A stretch of DNA of 64,000 nt from an uncultured Acidobacteriota bacterium (GCA_963805925.1 CAWDWB010000008.1:3073-67072); one strand, 5' to 3'. Numbered from the stretch's first letter, positions 29,702 through 39,993 are shown. Made by a program: numbers and translations. Notes: generated by a model from the sequence alone, not told the origin.

Positions 29702-29911
29702 CGCTAGCTAAGCTTACTCGGGCTCCTTCGACCAAAGCCATTGAGAGGATTTCGTCGGTCACTTGTCCCTGCCCCACTCGTATATGCTCGAGACCCTCTG
29801 GAGGCGGACACTCCGACAATGCGCGGGTGATCCAGCGCCACGAGCTTGCCGGCTAGTCGTAGCGCCGACTTGATCGACGCGAGAATGTCTTCCGGGTACT
29901 CGAAGTGGTGA

Positions 29912-30646
29912 TTACGTGCGGACCGTCATGATGACGTCAACCGATTCCTCCTCCAAGCCTGTGTTGTGGTGTCCTCCGATGTGTTGAAGATCCGGCTCGC
30001 ACGCGTTCCAGCAACTCGAGGATCGCCGCCGATGTTTGCCGGGCATGATCCGGATGCAGCGCCAGTGAGCTGTGAGTGGCACCCTCGACGGTAACGTGTT
30101 CGCTTTGGGTGGAGAGCGCCGCCAGCTCCTTCTGCAGCCTGAACCAAACAGCACGAGGCCGGCGATCTCGTCGGGGCGGCGTGCTTGAAAGGCGCGCGCA
30201 TAGAGCCCTCCGATCGAATGCCCGACGAGAATGAAAGGTCCACGGAGATGAGCCTGGGCTAGCAGTGCATGGAGCGTTTCGGCGGTTCCCCGGAGGTCGC
30301 CGGCTTGATGGGAGTCGCTCCAGGGCCGTCCGGCGCGGTCGTAGGAGCAAGTATGCGTCACACGCGCGAGCTCAGGCTGGATCCAGGCCCACTCGGTTGA
30401 AGCGCCTCCAGAGAGCGCCTCCAAGACGATCGTAGGCTCGCCTTCGCCCAGGCACGTGAGATGGAGGCGCGTGTCGCCGACCGGGACCATTTCGCCCGCT
30501 GAGGGGTAACGGTTGGCGTCGTGGGCAGCACCTCGAGATTGATAGACAATTCCGACGACAGAGGCCGCCGCCGTTGCGACGAGCGCGAAAATGCCCAACC
30601 GTCTGAGAATCGTTAGAATCGAGAACGGAAATCCCTTGGTTTTCAA
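29912..30646 (-). pseudogene. alpha/beta hydrolase remnant (frameshift plus internal deletion)
   Basis: The N-terminal part is intact through VGHSIGGLYARAFQARRPDEIAGLVL. The C-terminal conserved end (WFRLQKELAALSTQSEHVTVEGATHSSLALHPD) sits in the overlapping frame 29937..30350. The cap region present in paralog 21346..22446 is missing. Confidence 0.65.
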
Positions 30647-30718
30647 GCGCCTAAGGTCTATGCTTGACTCGGTTAGGGCCGATTCTTCAACTGGCGGCGT
30701 TCGCGTGTCTTAGGAGCT

Positions 30719-33601
30719 ATGTTGCCACCTGAGCAGGAGGCTACAGCGCATTGGCGGCGCGTCCGTAAATGTTTCGAGGATGCCGTGTCCCTCGTTGCAT
30801 CCGAACGCGCCCACTACCTGGACTCAGCTTGCCGGGGCGATCCGGCTCTGCGCTCAGAAGTTGAGGAATTGCTCGAACACTATGATCGCAGCACGGGAGC
30901 GCTCGATACGTTTGCCGGCGTCGAGATCCGCTCCAGTCCTGGGCTGCAACCCGACGTCGTCGTGGGCCGCCGCTTCGAAATCCTCCGCAAACTCGGCGCA
31001 GGCGGCATGGGCGAGGTCTACCAGGCGTTCGATCGCGAACTGGGCGAGTGCGTTGCGCTGAAGAGAATACGACCCGAACTCGTCTTTGATTCCAAAATTC
31101 GCGAGCGCTTCAAACATGAAATCTTGAATGGGCGTCGGGTGACACATCCCAACGTCTGCCGCATCCACGATCTGGTCGTCGACGATAGCGCCCAAGGCGC
31201 TCCTATCGCATTCACGATGGAGTTCCTGGCCGGCCAGACGCTGGCGGACTTGCTTCAACGTGAAGGCCGCTTGCCGATTGAGCGCGCCCTGCCGATCGTG
31301 CGACAGACGGTCGCCGGCCTCACTTCCCTTCACGAGTGCGACATTATCCATCGCGATCTCAAGCCCGCCAATGTCATGTTGACGGACGAGAGCGGTGCCG
31401 CTCAGAGGGTAAAAATCACCGACTTCGGACTGGCCTGTCGCGATCCGAGCGGCGACGCCTTCAGTTCGCTGAGCGGCTCGCAGGAGATCGTCGGAACCCC
31501 GACCTACATGGCTCCGGAGCAGTTGACCGGCGAGCGCGACAAGGTCGGTCCCGCGACCGACGTCTACGCCCTCGGTCTTGTCATGTATGAAACGGTGACC
31601 GGCGAGCGCCCTTTCCCGGGCAAAACGATCGCCGAGAACGTCTACGAGAAACTCAACGAACGACCCAAACACCCGCGCGAACACATCCCGGACTTGCCCG
31701 AGTCGTGGAACAACGCGATCCTGCACTGTTTAGAAGTAGAGCCCGAGAACCGGCCCCAGAGCCCTCAAGAGGTCCTGGAGGCGCTCGAGGGCATCCGCGA
31801 ACCGCCTGTTCCCCCTAAGTCGAAGCGGGTCTTTTGGAGCGACAAGAAGCTGCGTTGGGGCGGCGTGGCCGCGCTGGGATTGTTTTTGGCCCTTTCGACG
31901 CAGTATGGCCGCCTGTTTGTGACAGGAGAGCCTCGGCAACTCAGCGTCGCCGTCCTGCCGTTCGGAGTCATGGGCGACGATCCGGAACTGCCGGCGTTCG
32001 CCGACGGACTCATGGCCACGATCACGAGACGCTTGACCCAGTACGAAGGCATCAACGAAGACCTCGTTGTCACAGCTCCAAGCATGGTTTTGAGCCTAGG
32101 CGTCGCCGACCCGGCGGCCGCCGGCAAGAAGCTGGGCGTCAACTATGCGATTGAAGGTGATCTGCAGGCGTCAGGTGAAAGACTGGTTCTGACTTTGAGT
32201 TTGGTGGACACCGACGAAGGGCACCAACTCGACGCCGCCATGGTGGAGGGATCACGTGAAAACGCTTTCGCGCTACAGGACGGAGCTGTTCGCCGGCTGG
32301 TGAATATGCTTGATCTGCAAATTCAACCAGAGAATCTCGACAGCGCGGAGGGTCTCACGGGAAAGGCGCTCGGCGCCGCGCAATTCTATACCGCGGGGAT
32401 TGGATACCTCCAGCGCGGCGACGTTGTCAGCAATGTCGAAAACGCCATCACACAATTCAACCGTGCATTGGAACGCGACCCGAAGAGTCCATCGGCCCAT
32501 GCGGGTCTTGCCAAAGCCTACTGGCTCCTATACGACCGAAAGGGCGACGCATGGGCTGCGGAGGAAGCGGCAAAGGAAGCGCGCTCCGCCCTTGACCTCG
32601 ACGAGCATTTTCAACCGGCCCTGGTGGCAATGGGGAGAATTCTCGTCGGCACTGGTGAAGATGAACAAGCCCGGGACTACCTCAGCCGTGCGGTGGACCT
32701 CGATCCGCGAGATGGAGAAGCGTACGCTCTGCTGGCGCAATCGCTGGCGAAGCTCAGCCGGTACCAGCAGGCGGAAGTGGCCCTGAACAGGGCGCAGTCC
32801 CTTAGACCCGGCGATTGGGCCATCTACAAACAGGCCGGACTCTTTTACCTTCGCCGGTCCCGCTTCGAGGAAGCTGCGGACAACTTTCGCACGGTTGTTC
32901 AACTATCTCCCGATAACGCCCAGGGTTGGAGCAACCTCGGCGTAGCTTTGTATCAGGACGATAAGATCGACGAAGCTCGCACCATGTTTGAACGCTCCGT
33001 GGAAATTGAACCGCGACCAAGCGCCCTCACGAATCTCGGCAATCTCGCTTTTGAGCTTAGCAATTACGCAGAAGCCGCGCAATACTTTTCGCGCGCGGTC
33101 GAATTAAGCCCGAACACTTTCCTACTATGGGGTAACCTGGGCGCGGCGTACAAATGGTCAAACGACAACCGGTACCGGGAGACATACCGAAAAGCGATCG
33201 GACTTCTCAAAGCACAAATAGGAGTCAGGTCCCGTCGGTCTGACCTATACAGCTACCTCGCTTTGTACTGCGCAACGATCGGGAACTCCGGCGATGCGCG
33301 TGCCGCGCTCCGGATCGCGGCAAAAGATCTAGATAGCCTGTCATCGACCGATTTGGTCCGCCTCGGGGAGGTCTACGAGATACTCGGTGAACGCTCTCGA
33401 GCAATCGCCTTACTCCGAACCTCACTCGCAGCGGGTTACTCCGAACAACAACTCTACAGAATGCCGACGTTTCAGGCTCTGCTTGCGAGCCCCGAATGGA
33501 GGGCCTCATCCGCCGGTTTCATTAACGACTCTTTCGAGGAGCAAAAGCATGCAAGATCAAATGCAAAAGGACACGCAACAAAAAAAGGAAACGAAGACTG
33601 A
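30719..33601 (+). CDS. Ser/Thr protein kinase with an N-terminal sigma-associated region, a TM segment and a long TPR domain
   Basis: 960 aa. The N-terminus WRRVRKCFEDAVSL...RSEVEELLEHY resembles the kinase encoded behind the sigma factor at 42416. Kinase motifs GAGGMGEVYQA, HRDLKPAN, DFGLA and YMAPEQ. Many TPR-like repeats follow. Confidence 0.9.
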   Translation: MLPPEQEATAHWRRVRKCFEDAVSLVASERAHYLDSACRGDPALRSEVEELLEHYDRSTGALDTFAGVEIRSSPGLQPDVVVGRRFEILRKLGAGGMGEVYQAFDRELGECVALKRIRPELVFDSKIRERFKHEILNGRRVTHPNVCRIHDLVVDDSAQGAPIAFTMEFLAGQTLADLLQREGRLPIERALPIVRQTVAGLTSLHECDIIHRDLKPANVMLTDESGAAQRVKITDFGLACRDPSGDAFSSLSGSQEIVGTPTYMAPEQLTGERDKVGPATDVYALGLVMYETVTGERPFPGKTIAENVYEKLNERPKHPREHIPDLPESWNNAILHCLEVEPENRPQSPQEVLEALEGIREPPVPPKSKRVFWSDKKLRWGGVAALGLFLALSTQYGRLFVTGEPRQLSVAVLPFGVMGDDPELPAFADGLMATITRRLTQYEGINEDLVVTAPSMVLSLGVADPAAAGKKLGVNYAIEGDLQASGERLVLTLSLVDTDEGHQLDAAMVEGSRENAFALQDGAVRRLVNMLDLQIQPENLDSAEGLTGKALGAAQFYTAGIGYLQRGDVVSNVENAITQFNRALERDPKSPSAHAGLAKAYWLLYDRKGDAWAAEEAAKEARSALDLDEHFQPALVAMGRILVGTGEDEQARDYLSRAVDLDPRDGEAYALLAQSLAKLSRYQQAEVALNRAQSLRPGDWAIYKQAGLFYLRRSRFEEAADNFRTVVQLSPDNAQGWSNLGVALYQDDKIDEARTMFERSVEIEPRPSALTNLGNLAFELSNYAEAAQYFSRAVELSPNTFLLWGNLGAAYKWSNDNRYRETYRKAIGLLKAQIGVRSRRSDLYSYLALYCATIGNSGDARAALRIAAKDLDSLSSTDLVRLGEVYEILGERSRAIALLRTSLAAGYSEQQLYRMPTFQALLASPEWRASSAGFINDSFEEQKHARSNAKGHATKKGNED

Positions 33602-34010
33602 GAGCCAGCAGTCCGAAACAGTGCTGGATTTCGGCGTACCGAACACCATTGGTCTGCACGCGGATCCGGCCACCCAATGCGTTCGAGTTGGCCCCCCTCG
33701 ACCGGGCCGGGCCTGCAAGTCACAGTCCCTGACCGTCAAGATTCGGAACACGGGGGGCATCGCCATCCTGTTTCGGATCGCTCCGGGAACTTCGGAGGAC
33801 GCGTTCGTTAACCCTCCTCCGTTGACGCCTCTGGGCCCCGGCGATCATATCGACCTCGAGATCAAGGAGCATCTGGGAATTGCCAAAACGAACTGCGGAA
33901 CCAACACGACTTCGCCCGCAACCGTCCCTCGTCAATATGATGTAACTTTTCAAACCGTACCGTCGACCTGCGGCGATCTCGAGGATCCTGACATGTATAT
34001 CGAATGTTGA
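33549..34010 (+). CDS. small hypothetical protein (Lys/Gln-rich N-terminus, Cys-containing beta-rich body)
   Basis: First ATG of ORF 33387..34010 that gives a sensible start (MQDQMQKDTQQKKETK...). It overlaps the kinase 3-prime end by about 50 nt. No family recognised. Confidence 0.5.
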   Translation: MQDQMQKDTQQKKETKTESQQSETVLDFGVPNTIGLHADPATQCVRVGPPRPGRACKSQSLTVKIRNTGGIAILFRIAPGTSEDAFVNPPPLTPLGPGDHIDLEIKEHLGIAKTNCGTNTTSPATVPRQYDVTFQTVPSTCGDLEDPDMYIEC

Positions 34011-34057
34011 GTTGACTATCACAGCACTGCAACAGCACGCACTCGTAGGAGGCGACC

Positions 34058-35545
34058 ATGATTTGGTTCCGGTTACTCGGGGCTCTGGCGGCGGCGCTAC
34101 CAGCCATGGCGTCACCTTGGATCCTGACATATTCTGAATGCGCCTCGAACTGGCAGGCCGTGGCCGCGGAAATCGTCGATAAAGAAATAGAATCACAGAC
34201 TTCCAGCTGGGAAGTCATTGTGGACGGTAGGGGCGCAAGCACTGTACATCTGGATTTCCACGGTCTTCCCGGGGCTCAAGTCTTAACGGTCAGCGCGGCA
34301 GCCGGTCAAGTCACGAACAATACGCCGGCAATGCCCCGCATAACGATTACGCCTCCAGGCCCTCAAACGACTTTCACGATCTCCGGCATACCAATTAGTA
34401 CGGACGCAGCGCCGATTTGGGCGACCGTAGCGATCGAGCGCGCCTCTCCGTTTGTGATTGGGAGCGAAAGAGGCGCTATATCCATTACGCAGTCCGGGGC
34501 CGACATTGTTTATAGCCGCTTCTATGCCGGATTTCGGTTTCGCGAGTGCGAACCGTTCGGCGCAACCGGCAGTCACGATTCAATTTCATTTCTGGGCTCA
34601 AAGCCCAGCGGTCCGACAGTAGCTGTGGTTGATGGGTCGTTTGGCGTCGCACAGCCGCGGGGATGTCGTCAAGATGACGCGTTCAAGATTACGCCCGCGG
34701 CGGCAAGCGCTCCGTCTGCCATAGCCATCTCCAACTATGCGCCAGACCCTAATTGTCCCTCTGAGATCGCTCTTTTTTCTTGGAAGACGGCGCCAGCATT
34801 CGTGCCGCACCCGCAGTGGACACCGGGCCCTGATTTAGTGGGCGTAACTTTGCACAAATCCGTCGTTGTGCCTGTGAAGTTTTGGGTGTTGAGCAAGGCG
34901 CAGTCTGATCTCCACTCACAGTTGCTGTTGATTTCACGCGCAGTTGTGGCGAATCGCTTGTTCAAGGAGAGTCTCGCTGGTATCACGTTTAAGTGGGCAT
35001 TCGGAACGGTCAGCTCCGGCGAGTTCGCCTTGGCCGCGCAGTGTATCAATTCGGGCTGCACGTTGGGTCCTCAAAACGGCCCGACGCCTTGTCCTTATTC
35101 AAGATGGAAAGAGACGCCGTGGTACGACGATAAGGCGCTGAATGTCTATCTAGTGGACCAAGGCAGTAATACGACCTGCGACGACCGACAGGTTATATAT
35201 TTGCACACGCCGCGGAGTATCACGCTGGCCCATGAGGTGGGTCACGCGTTTGGCCTAACGCCGCACGATCAAGGAGGGCATGCGGATTACTACGACGATC
35301 CTGTGGATCCCGACCGATACAGTTTCGGCAATGACAATCTCATGTGGGGCCTGTCCGGGGTTCCGGGTGGTCGCGAAAAGCTCACGTTAGGCCAGGTCTT
35401 TCGCATGCACACGCACTCTGTGTCTGCGCTCCATCTGCTTAAAAACCCGGGGGGCGGCATTGTCCGATACTGCCATCCCCGCGATCGAAGCCCGGCCTGT
35501 CCATCGCTGACGTTGGATGTGACGGGGAAGATTCCGATTCCCTAG
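34058..35545 (+). CDS. secreted protein with a C-terminal M43 (ulilysin/pappalysin)-like zinc metalloprotease domain
   Basis: 495 aa with signal peptide MIWFRLLGALAAALPAMA. TLAHEVGHAFGL (HExxH), then GNDNLMWG (Met-turn-like) and LTLGQVFRMH, which resembles the FTxGQxxRM motif I associate with M43. Confidence 0.65.
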   Translation: MIWFRLLGALAAALPAMASPWILTYSECASNWQAVAAEIVDKEIESQTSSWEVIVDGRGASTVHLDFHGLPGAQVLTVSAAAGQVTNNTPAMPRITITPPGPQTTFTISGIPISTDAAPIWATVAIERASPFVIGSERGAISITQSGADIVYSRFYAGFRFRECEPFGATGSHDSISFLGSKPSGPTVAVVDGSFGVAQPRGCRQDDAFKITPAAASAPSAIAISNYAPDPNCPSEIALFSWKTAPAFVPHPQWTPGPDLVGVTLHKSVVVPVKFWVLSKAQSDLHSQLLLISRAVVANRLFKESLAGITFKWAFGTVSSGEFALAAQCINSGCTLGPQNGPTPCPYSRWKETPWYDDKALNVYLVDQGSNTTCDDRQVIYLHTPRSITLAHEVGHAFGLTPHDQGGHADYYDDPVDPDRYSFGNDNLMWGLSGVPGGREKLTLGQVFRMHTHSVSALHLLKNPGGGIVRYCHPRDRSPACPSLTLDVTGKIPIP

Positions 35546-35555
35546 ACCGCGTCGT

Positions 35556-36146
35556 ATGAGGTATCCCATGAGGATGTTGACAAGAGGATATGCTCCACCG
35601 ATTGTTCTTTGTCTGATGTGCATTGGGACCGGCGGTCTCGCACAAATAGTGCCTCCTCCAGAGAGCGTACCGGAAGGCGTTTTGAACCTATTTGAGTGTT
35701 TGGATTGCAGCGACGATCAACTCGCGAGGGCTTTTGAAGCGTTGCCGGAATCACTGCTCAACGTGGTGGCTGCCGGAACTCTGGAGTCGACGAGAATTTC
35801 AATTCTGTTCACCTTTGCTCGGTACGGTCCACCCGCGTCAAGTAAGAGGATGTACGAACGACGTTTGAGAAAGCAGTTCAAACGCATGCGCAATGACGAG
35901 GAGTGGGCTGACTGGGTCGGTCCTCGAGGAGATTTTACTGAAGTGGACTTCATCAGAGTGAGCATGGACGAATTCATCGCCGAATACCAAATCCGTGCCG
36001 CCAGGGTTATCGGCGTCGTGAAGCCAAGTCTCACCGATTATGCGAAAGAGTTTGCCGAGCTAGAGAGACTGGATTCCGATGTTTCAGAGAGCCGAGGCGA
36101 CGTCCGCCGGGCGGTAGCGGAGGCGCTGGACCGCCTGAGGCGGTAG
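35556..36146 (+). CDS. secreted hypothetical protein
   Basis: 196 aa with a signal-like N-terminus (PPIVLCLMCIGTGGLAQ). It starts 11 nt after the metalloprotease stop. No family recognised. Confidence 0.5.
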   Translation: MRYPMRMLTRGYAPPIVLCLMCIGTGGLAQIVPPPESVPEGVLNLFECLDCSDDQLARAFEALPESLLNVVAAGTLESTRISILFTFARYGPPASSKRMYERRLRKQFKRMRNDEEWADWVGPRGDFTEVDFIRVSMDEFIAEYQIRAARVIGVVKPSLTDYAKEFAELERLDSDVSESRGDVRRAVAEALDRLRR

Positions 36147-36308
36147 ATGGCTTCGGTCGGGCTTCCCAAAGGATCCGGGAACACGGAGCGACCGGATCAT
36201 CGCTAAACCTAAAGTGCGAACCTTTATGTTCGACCGACCCAAAAGACTGTGAGCGGACAGGACCAATAGGAGCCTCGATCGCGAGTCCGCGCAAAGCCGC
36301 ATTTTCTC

Positions 36309-37703
36309 GGGAGTGTCAACGGTTCTGTGTAAACGACATTCTCATACCGCTTCTGCCGCAAGACCCTCGTAGAGGGCCGCGCGCCCCCGCGCGGGGGTGC
36401 GCGGCGCGGCCGGCTTGGTCATCGCGCCTCCGCCCTCGCCATACGCTCCGGCCACAGGATCTCAAAGCGGTTCAGCGCCGCCCGCCAGCCCGTGACGAAG
36501 CGCCACTTCTTCGAGACGTTGCCGATCACCAGAAACAGGAGTTTCAGCGCCGCCTCCTGGGTCGGAAACGAGCCACGCGTTTTGGTCGCCTTGCGCAGCG
36601 AGCGGTGCAGCGATTCCACCGCGTTCGTCGTATACAGAATCCGGCGCACCTCGCGCGGAAACGCAAACAGCGGCCGGATGCGCTCCCAGTCACGGCGCCA
36701 GATGCGGCCCAGCGGCGGATACGCCGCATGCCACTTCGCTTCGAACGCTTCGAGCTCGGCCTCGGCCGCCGATTCCGTCGCAGCACCGTAGATCCGCTTC
36801 AGATCCGCCGCCACCTGCTTGCGTTGCTTCCAGCCGACATATTTCAGACTCGCTCGTACTAAATGGACGATGCACAACTGCACCGTCGCCCGCGGATAGA
36901 CCGCTTCGATCGCCTCGGCGAAGCCCTGCAACCCACCGACGCAGAAAAACAGCACGTCCTCGACGCCGCGGTTCTGCAACTCAGTCAGCACCTGTAGCCA
37001 GAACTTCGCGCCTTCGGAATCGGCCACCCACGGCCCCAGCACCTCTTTCTCGCCTTCCAAGTTGATTCCCAGCGCCACGTAGACCGCCCGGTTGGCCACT
37101 TGGCCGCCCTCGCGGATCTTCACGAACAGCGCGTCGAGAAACACCACGGATAGAGCTTCTCGAGCGGCCGCCGCTGCCATGTCCGCACCTCCTCGAGCAC
37201 CGCGTCGGTCACCTTCGACACCAGCGCCGGGCTCACTTCCACGCCGTATATCTCTTCCAGATGCGACTGGATCTCGCGCGTCGTCATGCCACGCGCGTAC
37301 AGCGACAGGATCTTCTGGTCGAAGCCTTCAAAGCGCCGCTGGCCCTTGGCTACGATCTTCGGTTCGAACTCCGCGTTGCGCTCACGCGGCGTATGCAGCT
37401 CGATCTCGCCGAACTCGCCTTGCAGCCTCTTCGCCGTCGAGCCGTTGCGCGAGTCGCCGCTGCCGCGTCCGGCCGGCGCATGCTTGTCGTAGCCCAGATG
37501 CAAGCTCATCTCGGCTTCCAGAGCTCGCTCCAGCACGGCCTTGGTGAGCTGCTTCAGCAGCCCGTTCTCTCCTAGAATCTGCTCCGGGCCCTTGTAGCCT
37601 TCCAGCAGCTCGTCGATCACCTTCTCGTTGATCTTCATCGATGTCCTCCTTCTCTACATTTGCTCAAGGAGAACATCGCTTACACAGTTTGGTTTACACC
37701 CTC
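36309..37703 (-). mobile_element. IS256-family insertion sequence with 8-bp target site duplication
   Basis: The imperfect terminal inverted repeats are GGGAGTGTCAACGGTTCTGTGTAAAC (36309-) and the reverse complement of GCTTACACAGTTTGGTTTACACCCTC (-37703). They are flanked by the identical ATTTTCTC at 36301-36308 and 37704-37711. Confidence 0.85.
36419..37638 (-). pseudogene. IS256-family (mutator-type) transposase with one frameshift
   Basis: ORFs 37120..37638 and 36419..37180 join at ..EKLYP / VVFLDALFVKIREGG.. (one nt missing near 37150). GMTTREI, YTTNAVESLH and other IS256 hallmarks are present. Confidence 0.8.
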
Positions 37704-37843
37704 ATTTTCTCCGATGATTCCGGCGAAGAAGTTTCACGTGAATTGTTTGCCCCTTTTCCTCGCCTCTCCGCCTGTCTAGGTATAGGCGGCAAGCCATAGC
37801 CACTCCGGCGAAGATTTCTCAGCTTGCCCAACGGAGGTGAACC

Positions 37844-38245
37844 ATGCGTTTCCATTTGTTCTGTTTGGCTCTGGCGCTGCTGCTGGGCGCCTCGACGAGC
37901 TACGCCCAAGCGGATCTCGAGGCCACTGTGCCGTTCGATTTCCATGCCGGCAAGCGGATCATGCCGGCCGGCGAGTACCTGTTCGACGTCGATAATGCCG
38001 GGTTGATCTGGATCACAGCGGACCAGACCGGTCTTCGGTCAGTGGTCGGATCGACCGGCGTCGGCGGAGGCCCTTTCCCGCCTGATGCGAAGCTTATCTT
38101 TCATCGCTACGGCGACACCTACTACCTGGCCGAGGTGTGGCGAGAAGATTCTTCGGGCGGACGTCGAATCAGTCAGACGCCCGGCGAGCAAGAACTCGCG
38201 AGGAGCATGGTCAGTAGAACGGTGTTGCTGAGAGCTTCGCGTTAA
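37844..38245 (+). CDS. small secreted hypothetical protein
   Basis: 133 aa with signal peptide MRFHLFCLALALLLGASTSYAQA, then VPFDFHAGKRIMPAGEYLF. It is followed by a strong hairpin terminator. Confidence 0.65.
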   Translation: MRFHLFCLALALLLGASTSYAQADLEATVPFDFHAGKRIMPAGEYLFDVDNAGLIWITADQTGLRSVVGSTGVGGGPFPPDAKLIFHRYGDTYYLAEVWREDSSGGRRISQTPGEQELARSMVSRTVLLRASR

Positions 38246-38281
38246 TCCAGCGACTTCAACTCGGATACCCCAATGGTCCAG

Positions 38282-38317
38282 GCCCCGCGGACACGCTTTC
38301 CGCGGGGCTTTCCTGTT
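38282..38317 (+). terminator. rho-independent terminator-like hairpin
   Basis: GCCCCGCGGA (38282-38291) pairs perfectly with TCCGCGGGGC (38299-38308) across a 7-nt loop. It is followed by TTTCCTGTT and lies 37 nt after the stop of 37844..38245. Confidence 0.7.
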
Positions 38318-38762
38318 CGAAATCAGTCTCTCTTGCGGCGCCTCGGATTCTGCCCGAACGTGTTGTCTAAGAAACCATTGCTGCCAAGTTGTCTCAAGAT
38401 TCGGTCAGACACCCGCCAACTCGCGTAGCAGTTCTTCGGTGGATTCGTTGAGAACGGCGCTGCAAAACTAGACCACGAGGCGGCGGTTTGAAGGCAGCCT
38501 GAACGAACGACCGGACGGCACCGAGAGCTTGAGATGCGCCATCGTGTTTGCGCTCCAGGCCCTGGGTGGTGACCAGCAAGGCAATCAAGAAACCTCGATT
38601 GACGACGATCGTATGAAGCCTCAGCGCCCGATGCTGAAGTTGCCGATGTTCCAAAAGCCTTTCGCCTCGCGTCCGTTTCCGCTGTTGAGCCGTACGACCT
38701 TCGGCCGCCAGGGGCCGCTGTTCCACAACCACGTGCTTTTGGTACACAGAGCGGGGATACGA

Positions 38763-39377
38763 CTAGCCTTCGACCTTTGCTTCTTGGCGTTTTTCCCAAA
38801 GGGACTTCTCGTTGAGCACGAGCTGCGAGACTTCATCCCAGTTGTCGGCTCGCGGGCCTGCGAGTTGCTTGTTGGTTGAGTTCGAGAACACGATCCCCTG
38901 GAGACCCTCATCGCGTAGCCGCCGGACGTTTTCCAGAGAGTCTTCCAAATACAGATCCGCTCCGACCGCTGACTTGTCCTTCATGAAACACAAATCCCAG
39001 TAGGGGATGTCATGTGAATCGAGCCATTCAATTGTCTGTTTCGCGGCCACCTGGTGAAAATACTTGATGAAGAACCGATGAGTGATAATGCGAATCCGAA
39101 CGTCTGCGTCGGAAAGCGCTCTCAACGCTTGCGGCGCGCCCTGCATCGGCTGAAGGTTTAGAAAGAGATCACGTTGCGTCACTGCAAACTTGTGAAGCGC
39201 TACGTATCCCCCCGGGGCCTTATCGACTTTCCACTCGGGGATCCCCCAAGAAACTTCCTCAGGCAAGGTGTCAATTTCGACGCCCAACCATTCTGCAGCG
39301 ATTGGCCTGAGTCCGCGATAAAAGTCAGCGCACACGCCGTCGAGATCCACTCCCAATACGAACTTTTCCTTAGGCAT
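38763..39377 (-). CDS. HAD-superfamily 5-prime(3-prime)-deoxyribonucleotidase-like protein
   Basis: 204 aa with an N-terminal VDLDGVCADF (DxDxV motif). Length and layout are typical of the NT5C-like family. Confidence 0.7.
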   Translation of the reverse strand: MPKEKFVLGVDLDGVCADFYRGLRPIAAEWLGVEIDTLPEEVSWGIPEWKVDKAPGGYVALHKFAVTQRDLFLNLQPMQGAPQALRALSDADVRIRIITHRFFIKYFHQVAAKQTIEWLDSHDIPYWDLCFMKDKSAVGADLYLEDSLENVRRLRDEGLQGIVFSNSTNKQLAGPRADNWDEVSQLVLNEKSLWEKRQEAKVEG

Positions 39378-39426
39378 TCCGTCTAGCTCATCCCCATATT
39401 GCCTAGCGCATCTTCTAGAAGATGGG

Positions 39427-39780
39427 CTATCGCTTGTTGGCCGCTTTCTTCGCGACTGGCTTGGACGACTGACTGCGTTTGGCCGCGGCCCTTCTCTCAG
39501 CCCAGTACTGCTTCATGCGTTCGGATGCCGCCCGCTTCTGTTCAGGAGTCATTCGCGGCCGGCCCTTGCGCTTCTTAGCCTTCTTTGCGGTCCTTGGAAT
39601 CGCGGCGAGACGAGATGCCGCTTTCGGAGGGCTCCCGCGACGCGGCCTCGCGGGATCGGGAAAGGTTCCGCCCTGCAGCAATCGAATCGCTTGGTCGAGA
39701 CGATCACGTTCCTCAATTAGGAGGCGGAGCGCTTCGCCCGTTGCTGGAGTGGCCATCGCGGAAATAGTAGCAGCAGGCAA
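39427..39780 (-). CDS. small basic hypothetical protein (coiled-coil N-terminus, Lys/Arg-rich C-terminus)
   Basis: 117 aa with ALRLLIEERDRLDQAIRLLQ, then KKAKKRKGRPRMTPEQKRAASERMKQYWAERRAAAKR. The start could also be the internal MATPATG. Possibly nucleic-acid binding, judged from composition only. Confidence 0.5.
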   Translation of the reverse strand: MPAATISAMATPATGEALRLLIEERDRLDQAIRLLQGGTFPDPARPRRGSPPKAASRLAAIPRTAKKAKKRKGRPRMTPEQKRAASERMKQYWAERRAAAKRSQSSKPVAKKAANKR

Positions 39781-39845
39781 AGGCCGCTCGCATACTCAAG
39801 TCTTGACTACAAGCCATATCCCCTCGCTCGATCTGAAGGGGAGTC

Positions 39846-39932
39846 GTGGGAGTGGTGGGAGTGTTTATGGGTCGAAGAATATCACTGTGGTTCGGATGGA
39901 GGGGCGCTCCCCGACTCCCCTGACTCCCCCTG
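39846..39932. repeat. iteron palindrome 1 (GGGAGT / ACTCCC blocks at 9-nt period)
   Basis: (GTGGGAGTG)x2 at 39846-39863, a 43-nt spacer, then CTCCCCGACTCCCCTGACTCCCCCTG at 39907-39932. That right arm carries ACTCCC blocks at the same 9-nt period. Confidence 0.55.
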
Positions 39933-39993
39933 CAGGTAGGTTGCGACCGACCTGACGCTCCCCGTTTAGCGCAGAGTCGGCTTTCGCCGGCGG

